A stretch of 63,984 nucleotides of DNA, the filler included, from Perkinsus olseni (taxonomy: Eukaryota), in assembly GCA_013115125.1 (NCBI GenBank). It is 15 parts of 15 records of this genome, joined end to end, with 100 filler letters (N's around TTAATTAATTAA, not from the genome) between each part and the next. Parts side by side here need not be neighbours in the genome. Positions count along the whole stretch, not along the records: positions 47,947 to 52,164 come from JABANN010001304.1; positions 52,265 to 56,473 come from JABANN010001305.1; positions 56,574 to 60,768 come from JABANN010001306.1; 12 more parts are not named here. One strand, given 5' to 3'. The translations under genes were made by a program, and so were the position numbers. Each line of letters begins with the position of its first letter. The first letter of the stretch is position 1. Below, piece after piece: positions 51,332 through 60,868 of the stretch. The notes beneath the pieces were generated by a model. It was not told where the DNA came from. It searched no databases and saw only the letters and a list, made by a program, of their open reading frames with translations.

Positions 51332-51718
51332 GTACGCATAGTCGCGATATCTGACAAATTCTGTCGGATGTCGACCGTTGCTGATTTCGTTCTTTTCCTT
51401 TGCAATAGTCACGCCGAGGAGGGGGGCGCGTTATGGAGCGCTGTCGACTGGCGTGGTTATCAATTTGGTAATGATCGATTTCAGCTCAGCACTTGTACGC
51501 ATAATCCCCTCGCGAGACCTTTATCAGTTCCGCTACCTGCTGACATCATTGGCTCATAGCGATTCGGTGTTGCGCCAGTACGGGACACCCGCACGAGCCA
51601 TAGCAGAGATTTACACGTATGAGTTCGAACTGTACGGATCGAAAAGGAAATTTGTTAGACGGAATGTTAGCGAGCTTGCCTTATGCGTACTGATCGCATG
51701 TGTTCGATGTATTAATCG

Positions 51719-51752
51719 ATGAAACAAAAATGAAACAAAAATGAAACAAACA
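51719..51752. repeat. (ATGAAACAAAA) x3 tandem repeat
   Basis: Read directly. Confidence 0.9.
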
Positions 51753-52137
51753 TGGATAGGCGCTTGTCAATCTCGCCCGTGTTTGTCAAACTTGGCTGTG
51801 ATACTGTCATTCTTGCATGTGATAATTTAGCCCATGCCAAACTTGAATCTCACATTGACATTCTTGGTTTTAACAAATTTGACATGTGCCAAACTTGTGT
51901 GTTCAATGACGAACTCGCCTGTGGCATTGCCACTCTTGCTTTTCACTTGTCAGACTTGCACGGGAGATGCTGTAGAGGTTTAACAGTTCTGTACATACGT
52001 ACTACCCGACTATACTGACACAATCCATAATTCACAGCAACGCAAAATGGTGCCATTATTGTCATATGACACTGAGTACATATTAGGGAAACATCAAATA
52101 AACTGAAAAGTTCTGGAAAACATCATCACCGATCTCC

Positions 52138-52164
52138 CATCATCATCATCATCATCATCATCAT
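52138..52164. repeat. (CAT)9 microsatellite at the contig end
   Basis: Read directly. Confidence 0.95.
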
Positions 52165-52264
52165 NNNNNNNNNNNNNNNNNNNNNNNNNNNNNNNNNNNN
52201 NNNNNNNNTTAATTAATTAANNNNNNNNNNNNNNNNNNNNNNNNNNNNNNNNNNNNNNNNNNNN

Positions 52265-54949
52265 TAGTCCAAGCCCTGCATAACCGCAGGTATTGGTTCA
52301 TCATAGATGAAACTTCTGATTGTGGAGGACGCGAACAAGTAGTACTGGTTGTGCGTAGCGTTTGCCCAAAAACGATGACGCCGAAAGAAGTATTTATCGG
52401 ATGGTACGCTACTGAGATGCAAGATGCAGAATCTCCGACGGCCTTGGCTAAGGATAGTCTGATACTATATGGTCTACCCATCGAGGACTGCTGTGGTATT
52501 ACTGCCGATGGAGCGCAAAGCATGCTAGGCATCAACAAAGGGCTTAAAATCCGGTTCAAGAAAATGAATCCTTCCATATTGCATAGTGCTGGTCATGCCC
52601 TGAATGATTCAGGCTGAATGTGGTGATGCGTCAAGCGGTGGAGAGTATGGCCCTTGTCAGACAGCTATGCAGATAGTGGGAAGGATAGGAAGGTATATCA
52701 AGAGCTCACCGAAACGCTTGGCTGACTGGAAAGCCTTCACCCAGAGGACTGGCGAAGTAGCTGAGGTCCTCAGCCTGAGGATCTACCAAGCAGCTTCGAC
52801 GAGTCCACCGATCACGATGAGCCACTTTCTTCTGATGGAAGTACTCTGGAAAAGGAGGCTGAAGTGGGAGAAGGTCACCGTTGAAACTCCTGTCGGAAAC
52901 CCGTTGGCTGTGCAACGGCAGGGCGGCCCTGCCAGCGGCATTTATGCGGCCCTGGTCAACTATGAATCTCTCCTGGATAACTTCGGCGAACGGTCTTCCG
53001 ACGTTGGCAAGCCGAGCTCAGCTGAGGGCAAGGCGCGGGCTCGGGAGTTCTTAAACTCCCTTGTCAAGGGACCCTTGACAACTTCCAGGATTATTATGCT
53101 CTCCGTGTCCTCGAAGACATCTATGACCGGGTACTTCCGGCGCACACGGTGGTGCAGGCGCCTGGCCTTCTAGTAAGCACTGTGAGGTAGTACCTCACAT
53201 GTACCTCTGTGAGGTAGCAGTGCTACCGTATCACCTCACATTTACATCAGAGGTACATGGTATCGGGCCTCAGGCGAGCGCTCCATGAGTACTCCCAAGA
53301 CTGGGAATCTCTCACTGCATTCTACGAACAGGTGAAGGCCGACGCCCGGAGGTTGAACATAGAAGCACCAGAGCTGCAGAGGGCGGCAAGGCGAGGACTC
53401 AGAACTTCGGCTCTGAAAGATGAACAGATCGACAATCTCCTTATAGTCAACAAGTTGGCCGTATCCACCGCGGCTTGCGGCTCCAGCTCTGCGACCTCAT
53501 TAATGAGAAGTATGATGTCCATGATCTGGGAATGGACCATTCCCAATGGTATCGCAGATCGAGGAGGCTATTCTGACCTCGGCACCTGTGAGCGATGAGC
53601 AGCTCACCATGAGCTGAAAAGTCTCTATCCGGACTTCAGTTGGAAATCTTTCTCTCAAGAGAGAGCGGTCGTGTGGGCATGGTTGACAGGTCAAGGCCGT
53701 TGCACTGCAACGGTTGCAGTGGTGACAACATCTCTCCCGATGATGCCTTGGATGCCTTGAAACCACAGTATCGCGATATGAGGACTAGATTTCTTGTCTT
53801 ACCCTCGAGCACCTGCTCTGGTGAAAGGGCATTCAGCGCCCTTGTGAGAATCAAGACCAAGCTCAGAAGTACTCTGCAGCAGTCGCACTTGAATTCGTAT
53901 GCTATTTGCGGCCTGAACCGATGCTTCTGTGACGCTCTGGATTTCAATTCAATTGCTAACGACTTCATTCGCGCAAGAAGTAGTCGGAGTACTCACTGTA
54001 TCCTTAGCAATATCCAATAGCATCCTTCTTTCTCAAGCCTAGTCGACAGCCAGAGTGTTTCTGTGTGTGCCTGGCGTAGTGAGTGAGCTAAACATCGTAT
54101 TGTGTAGCTTCCTTGTACACCTTCTGATGCCTAAGGGTCTTTGCAAAACCCAAATTTCAAGAAGTACGTTGGTTGGGTTGAGAACAGTGAACGCTGTCAA
54201 GAGGCTTCATTTGGCCAGATGATCAGTACGGAGCCTAAAGGCCCCTCGTGTGCATATATCATCAGATGATATATGCAGATTCTGACCGATGATTACTGAT
54301 GGCATATCATCCACTACTTTGGAAGCACTACTTTTGGAAGTTTCTCGCCGGCCCCAAAAAAAATCAGAGATCAACGGGAGCACTGATTGGCCCGCGCGCA
54401 GAACAGCCGTGCGGCCCGTCTAGGGCCTCGCCACAATTACGACGCCTATGTCGATTATCAAGTCCTGGATTGATTGTCGGACGAAACAGAATCGCTTATA
54501 GGTGTCAGAATTTGCTTATCGAATACAATTGCGCTTTCTCTCTGCAGAACGGGCGCAATCGCCGGAAACCTGTGTCTCCCCACGCCATTATAGATTTCTA
54601 TACGGCTCGCGCGTAAGCTCCCCACGGAACCTTTATTGGATCATCCAGCCAGAGCTCCCGAATCCACCAATCGCCTCTCAGGATACTCGAAGAGTGTCTA
54701 CGGTTGATGTTGTGACCATGTCTGCACTATAGTCACGGCACGGCTTCACCCGTCCGGGACAGGCTGTCCCGGACTGACAACCAGTATCTGACATCATCCT
54801 GCGCTTTGCACTCGCGTGCATGAGTATATGTGCTAGCCAACGCTAGTGATCATATCATCGCTTAACTCCCTTCATTGAGGGGCCCTCAAGGCTGTACTGA
54901 CAATTTTTTGCGCCCTATCGCGACTCGAGATTCTCCAATAGCCGCCCTG
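52265..54949 (+). mobile_element. Degenerate hAT (Tip100/ZMYM1-like) transposon; transposase 52265-54020, probable right TIR ending at 54949
   Basis: IDETSD..EQ, TADGAQSM, HSAGHALN (CxxH lost) and LPSSTCSGERAFSAL..LRSTL; stops and frameshifts; ATAGCCGCCCTG end. Confidence 0.85.
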
Positions 54950-55245
54950 CACTGGGATATAGTGCATGCCTTGTCGTAATTCCCTCTGTTTTTATCAGTT
55001 GTCTTGAATCAACCACACACGCGCCCTTGAGTGGTGCCACGACAAGCCCGCTTACCTGAAGCTACCGCGCCCGGCCCGTTAAGTAACAAAGCAAGAAGAC
55101 TGTGCTTCATGAAGCTCGTCATAACTATCTTATTGCTAATTTTGGTTATATCATTCGGAGGCCCCATCTGCCGCAACAGCGACAAGAATTGCCCCAAGGC
55201 AGTACCCAAATGCCTAAGGGGTCAGTGTACACAGGGTGTATCTCA

Positions 55246-55421
55246 ACTGATCCAGTATAAATTCGTCCAGTGGTCATCTCACCCAAAGGTGCAACTCGTC
55301 CATCTCTGTGCGTCCAGTATAAATTCGTCCAGTATAATTCCATCCAGCGTGACGGTTTCGACCATGTTTCATCAACCGTTTCCATGGGATTTTTCATTTG
55401 ATCCAGTGTCATTTCATCCAG
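55246..55421. repeat. About 15-bp-period subterminal repeats (TCGTCCAG core) downstream of the MULE
   Basis: Repeated TTCRTCCAG units. Confidence 0.7.
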
Positions 55422-55599
55422 GCATTACTCTTTGCGTGAACAGAACACGAACTCTTGCAATTCCTCGGAACACACATCACTTACGATCATCATCATCGGA
55501 TCAAATCGAATAATAGCATTCAGCCATAAGGACGAAAAGTAACTTCATACAAAGCGAGGCATTGGGATCATTGTTGAAGTAAAGAAATGATGATGAGTA

Positions 55600-56115
55600 T
55601 CAAAAGTGCTCGACTGATGGAATACTCCCGCCCGTGGGGACGGGTATAGCACCAAGATCATTCGTTTCATGAATAATAGAACGTCCTGAGCGTATACTTC
55701 CCCTAGCTCGAGTGAGAGCCTCGCTACAGGTCCTCAAATAAGTGATGTATTGAAGGTCTGGCAGTCGTTGAGGATTAGGATGCCAAGAAGTCCCACAATA
55801 CTCTGGAAAATTCGCATTAAATGATCGAGCCAAAGTCTCCTCGCACTCCTTACGGCTTCTAGTAGGCTTACGATAATTATCCCCACATTGCAGGCGGTGG
55901 AAGAGCCTATCATACTCATCGTACTGGTCAGTGATGACCAATGCAATATGATAGAACCCAGGGTGACGGATTGACAGAGTGTTATTGAGAGTATGGTGAT
56001 ACGCCTCAGCTAAGTTAGACGTTCTCTCACTAGAGCCGGGGTGGTTCCACTTAGTACAAGGAAAAAGCGGTGGGCGCGAATCAGTACCAATGAACGTTTT
56101 CGTGAAATACTTCAC
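55600..56115 (-). mobile_element. MULE/Mutator transposase C-terminal fragment
   Basis: YFTKTFIG..FP..WN..RTSNLAEAYHHTLN..HPGFY motif series. Confidence 0.85.
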
Positions 56116-56703
56116 GCGTAGAGTACTTGTAGAGTACTTGTACTTGTAGAGTTGGCGGCACCATCGGGATGGGTGTCCGCGGAATCATGAGGCCACTCCG
56201 AGGGAAGTTGGTCTGGAGAAACATGGAACAAATTTGGCGGTTTCTGGCGGATTACCTGAGCGTGCCCTCCTGAACGGCGGCTGAGTAGGCACTTGAGAGC
56301 CGTTAGTCGGTGGTGGCTGCGTAGGCTGAAGTTGGGTTGGAGGAAATAAATCCAATTCTAGAAAGACGTAACCTGAAAGAGAGAAGCTTATAGCTAGTAG
56401 GGTGTGGGAGAGCAGTGAAATCGTGTATGACCTTCATCTGCTTGTCCTTCCAGAAGAGGCAGCTCGCGGTGCGNNNNNNNNNNNNNNNNNNNNNNNNNNN
56501 NNNNNNNNNNNNNNNNNTTAATTAATTAANNNNNNNNNNNNNNNNNNNNNNNNNNNNNNNNNNNNNNNNNNNNGCAGGGCTGCCTATACGGAGCTCCAGG
56601 ATATCACATTAGATATCCGAGGTCGGCTCTGGCAGGATACAAAACAAGTTGGCTTGTGGCATATTCTCGGCTCAGGGCGTTGTGGCGTCCAGGCCACTGC
56701 CCC

Positions 56704-56824
56704 TTTGTCGTCTACCTAGCCATGCTCGGTCAAGTTGTTGTTATCGCCCATCACGGGACGATAACCTCGCTATGCCAGCAAAAGGGTACTGATGAGTCTG
56801 TGTGGCAGCAGACGAAACGTCAGA
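56704..56824 (+). ncRNA. Hammerhead ribozyme (type III fold) in the 5' LTR
   Basis: CTGATGA 56789-56795; stem II GTCTG/CAGAC; GAAA 56814-56817; stem III TTTGTCGT/ACGTCAGA (one U-U mismatch); GTC triplet 56710-56712; stem I TACCT/GGGTA. Confidence 0.78.
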
Positions 56825-59800
56825 TTGGGTTGTCAGACGGTAAAAATAACAACAACTTGAATTACCTCTCAGGGTTTGAGTTGTGAGTGCCCTTCAATCG
56901 GCTCGGGAGTGAGGCAGTTTGTTGTCCCATGACCGTGTCGGAAGTTGGGGAGAATGAGATCAAGGTTCATGTGTCGGCCCCCGTACCCTTCCCGTCCAAA
57001 GGAAGTTTCGAGGACCTCCGTCGCATGCCGGACGATCTCACTCGTGTCCGACGTTGGGGAATCAGTCAGCAACAAACGGACCGTGCGACCGTGGCAGTCT
57101 GCTTGAGTCATCTGCAAGCGGACGTGTTACGCCACCTAGAGCTGTTCAAGCCCGAATTGGAGTATGCCACGTGGGAGATCTTCAAGTTGGAGTGTCTCCG
57201 TGCCACTAAGGTCCTGTTGGGAGGAGGACTACTGAATCATGAGTTCCTCCAGATGAAGATAAGAAAGAAGGAATTTGGGCTGAAGACCGAAACAGTCGCG
57301 GAGATTAGATTGAATTTCCCGGCTGGAGGGGCCAACTCGGGTAAGACGGCTAAGTTCCCTCTGAGATGTGGGGAGAACACCCTCTGGGTCGAGGCCTACG
57401 TAGTGGATGACTTGGTGAAGGGTAAAACGGTCTATATAGGGAGACCGGATTTGAACAGAAACCGAGTGTGTCTGGATTTGGCAACGGGACGCTTCCGGGT
57501 GAGAAACGCCTGGATGAAGCTGCCCGAGGGTACTCAGTGTTAGAGGGTTAGAGTGTGAACTCTTTGCTAGATGTAGTTTTCTTCGGGAATCGGTGTGGTG
57601 TTAGGGAGCTCGGGTGTCTGGGAAGGGAAGCCGTTCTCCGTCCTGTCGGTAAAGGATCGTAACTTGTTCGGTGACCGTTCTCGGGTACGGGTCGTCGGCG
57701 TGACGTTGGAGGCCCTCGCTGGCCAAAGGCGTGGCGTTCGTGGCTCCTTTGCCGAGACCCCCATGACAGCGCAAGAAGGGAGTGATCGGCTAACGCGTTG
57801 CCACCAAATCGGTGTCCGGGTTCAGTCGTGTGCTTGCAGATCCTGTCATGACATTCTCCGCTGAAGAACTCAACGAGCTGAAAGGGTTCCGTTGTCTGCA
57901 AGATGGACCCCTAGGGTGTGCCAAAGGGATTAAGTTCCGCGTGGACACGACCACAGAGAGTCCGGTCTTCTCCCGACCGTATCGGATGAATCCGATCGCG
58001 GCCAAGAACACCAATAAGTTGGTCAAAGAATTGTTGGATGAAGGGGTGATTGAGGAGACAACCAGCCCGTGGGCGTCCCCCGCGTTTGTGGTACCGAAAC
58101 GAGACGGGAGTGGCAGACTGGTGGTGGATTATAGGAAGTGGAACAAAATTACCGTCCCCGATCGCTACCGCTCTCCAACAATAGAGGAAATCTTGGGAGG
58201 AGTCTCGGAAGGGGCGCATTTCTCGGTGATTGACCTCCGAAAGGGGTTTCACCAAGTCGAAGTGGAGGAGGCGTCCCAGGGCAAACTCGCCTTCATGATC
58301 GGAAACAAGCAGTACACCTTCCGAAGAATGGCGATGGGCCCCCGGAACGCGCCGGCGTGTTTCCAACGAGCGGTGGATGCCGCATTCGGAACCTTATTGG
58401 CGCAGTGTTGTTTCGTCTACTTAGACGATATAATAATATATACCCCTAAAGGGAAGGGAAAGGCGGGGCATCTTGCGGATGTGAAACGGACTCTAAGGGG
58501 CTTTGGACCTAGCCGGGTTCACTACTCGCTTGGATAAGTGTAAGTTCGGACTTGACAGCCTGGACTACCTGGGACACCGGATAGAGCGGGGAGTCATCCG
58601 GCCGATGTTCTCCAATGTTGAGCGGATTATGCGGTCCAAAAGGCCGTGGAATCTGCAGTCGCTACGACGGTTCCTCGGAATGTGCGGGACCCACACGGGC
58701 GATTTGCCCGATGGATAGCGGCGCTGCAGCAGTTCGGGGGTATGACAGTGCAGTATCGCACTGGAGTGAGCAATGTGGCGGCCGACTACCTCAGTAGGGA
58801 CATTGAGGTCGAGTTTGCGCCAATCGAGACCCGGATTCGCACATTGGATGGGTTGAAGAAGGCCCAGGATGAGGACGGGGACTGTCAGGCTTGGAGATGT
58901 CAGGGTAAGTTCCCCAGCGGAAGCGGTCTGGAGCGCCAAACGGCGATCACAAGGGATCCTGGAACGGGAGTTATCACTCTTCACGGTAAAGCGATAGTCC
59001 CACCACTCTACCGAAAGGAAATTCTGGATGATCTCCATCGGTCCACCGGGCATGTTGGGATAAATAAGCTCTATGAGCTGTCTCGACGGGTATTCTTCTG
59101 GCCTGGTCAGAAGGAAGCTTGCCGAGAGTATGTGAATGGTTGTGAAGGGTGTGCCCGCACGAAACCCGCGACCCATCGCGCCGTGTTGCGACCTTATGAG
59201 AGCAAGGATCTCTTTGCGGATATGCAGGCCGATATCTGTGGGCCACTACCGCGCACTCAACGCGGGAACGAGTATTTACTCGTGATAGTGGATCAGGCGT
59301 CCAGGTTCCCCTGGGCTTATGCCCTGAAGGATACGAGCGCTGCGACCATCGTGGAACGATTAGGAGAGGTCTTTAGCTTCACTGGCGCACCGATGCGGTT
59401 AGGGATGGACCAGGCCCAGTATTTTACTGGGGCGTTAACAAGGAAGGTGATGGAGTTATATCAGACGGAGGTGGTGTCGGGGCCGCTCTATCGGCCACAA
59501 GCCCGAGGGCTCGTAGAAAGGACGATCGGCACTGTGAAGCGTAGGCTCGCCGCCAGTGTGAACGGGAGCGAAGATTGGGATACCTGTATAGACTGCGTTC
59601 TGGCTGGAATAAGGGCTGCAAAAAGTGAAAGTCTTGGGATGAGCCCCTTTGAGTACCTGACTGGGCGACACATGAGATTACCCTCTATGGTGGGAGTCGC
59701 CGAAGTCAAACCGATTCAGGATGACGCACGGGCTGCTGACATCAATCGCGCCGAGCGAATCCGTCAGGTTCTGGTGCGAAGTCGGCGAGTGGCTGAAGCC

Positions 59801-60183
59801 CATTCCCGCACTCGGAGTCTCCAGAACGTCCTTGGCACACGGAGTACCCTTGTTCCCCAGTTTAAGTCTGGAGACTTGGTGCTATTCAGCAAGGGGTTGA
59901 AGCCCCGAAGGAAGAGCGCGGTGGCCGGGTTGTTTATCGGGCCGTTAGAGATAGTAAAGAGTCTGAGCCCGTTTGTGTATAAGGTGAGAGGAGGAGGAGA
60001 ATCCTTCATCGCTCACGCAGACAATCTGAAGGCCTACCGTGGGAAAAAGCGGGTACTCCGGGATGAGGATGACGGGAATTCGCGGAAGAAACGGCGGAAC
60101 ATGGTGAGAAAGTTCGGAAAGGACGAGAACCAGTAGATCGTCTTTTCCCCGCTTGAGGAGTATATGGTTGATCCTCAGGTACG

Positions 60184-60313
60184 AGTCGCTCTCGTGGGTG
60201 AAGAAGACACGAGAAGTTCGTCTTCAGTTGTGGAAGACGAGGAGTCTAGTCGCTCTCGTGGGTGAAGAAGACACGAGAAGTTCGTCTTCAGTTGTGGAAG
60301 ACGAGGAGTCTAG
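60184..60313 (+). repeat. 64-bp exact tandem duplication in the element's 3' UTR
   Basis: Units start at 60184 and 60248. Confidence 0.92.
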
Positions 60314-60511
60314 GCCTAGCGGAGACCGCGGTGTTGATCATGATCATGAGTAGTTTCGTACGTACGCAAATCGAGTTGAGTTCACTCTAAAGGGAGTCCA
60401 GTGAGCGATGAGGCTGGGTATAACACCGAGCCTTGTAGCGAGCGGCAGGCTGAACTGAGAGGCACGGAGACGGCAAGTGCGGGGGAGTTGTGGCGTCCAG
60501 GCCACTGCCCC

Positions 60512-60632
60512 TTTGTCGTCTACCTAGCCATGCTCGGTCAAGTTGTTGTTATCGCCCATCACGGGACGATAACCTCGCTATGCCAGCAAAAGGGTACTGA
60601 TGAGTCTGTGTGGCAGCAGACGAAACGTCAGA
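60512..60632 (+). ncRNA. Hammerhead ribozyme, identical copy in the 3' LTR
   Basis: Same sequence as 56704-56824. Confidence 0.78.
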
Positions 60633-60868
60633 TTGGGTTGTCAGACGGTAAAGGCGTGTGAGCAGAGGCAGTTGCGCTAAATCTATACCATGCAGGTGCC
60701 TATTTGGCGGGCAGGGCTGCCTATACGGAGGTCGAGGATATCACATTATCGAGACAGCAAATTGGCGGNNNNNNNNNNNNNNNNNNNNNNNNNNNNNNNN
60801 NNNNNNNNNNNNTTAATTAATTAANNNNNNNNNNNNNNNNNNNNNNNNNNNNNNNNNNNNNNNNNNNN

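Larger units (their letters stand above)
56681..60652 (+). mobile_element. Full-length Ty3/gypsy LTR retrotransposon (3972 bp), internally deleted, with identical 164-bp LTRs (56681-56844 and 60489-60652)
   Basis: 5-bp TSD GGCGT; PPT GGGGGAG at 60481-60487; gag/PR piece 56929-57543; RT with YLDD at 57812-58620; integrase HHCC/DDE/GPL in 58646-60136. Confidence 0.95.
4299..60868. other. 14 artificial 100-nt contig spacers (N44-TTAATTAATTAA-N44) at 4299-4398, 8686-8785, 13066-13165, 17446-17545, 21814-21913, 26160-26259, 30503-30602, 34844-34943, 39182-39281, 43518-43617, 47847-47946, 52165-52264, 56474-56573, 60769-60868
   Basis: Identical six-frame-stop linker inside N runs; the intervening contig lengths run in non-increasing order from 4287 to 4195 bp. 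Confidence 0.98.

Noticed and set aside
53183-53192. TGAGGTAGTA match to the let-7 5' end
   Set aside because: Only 10 nt, part of a local palindrome, and no pre-miRNA context
56118-56170. GTAGAGTACTT repeats followed by a TGGCGG PBS-like tract at the MULE break
   Set aside because: No LTR or convincing tRNA match can be established
56656-56675. SL-like sequence just upstream of the element's TSD (GTGGCATATTCTCGGCTCAG)
   Set aside because: Needs several gaps and mismatches, too weak to claim SL-gene targeting
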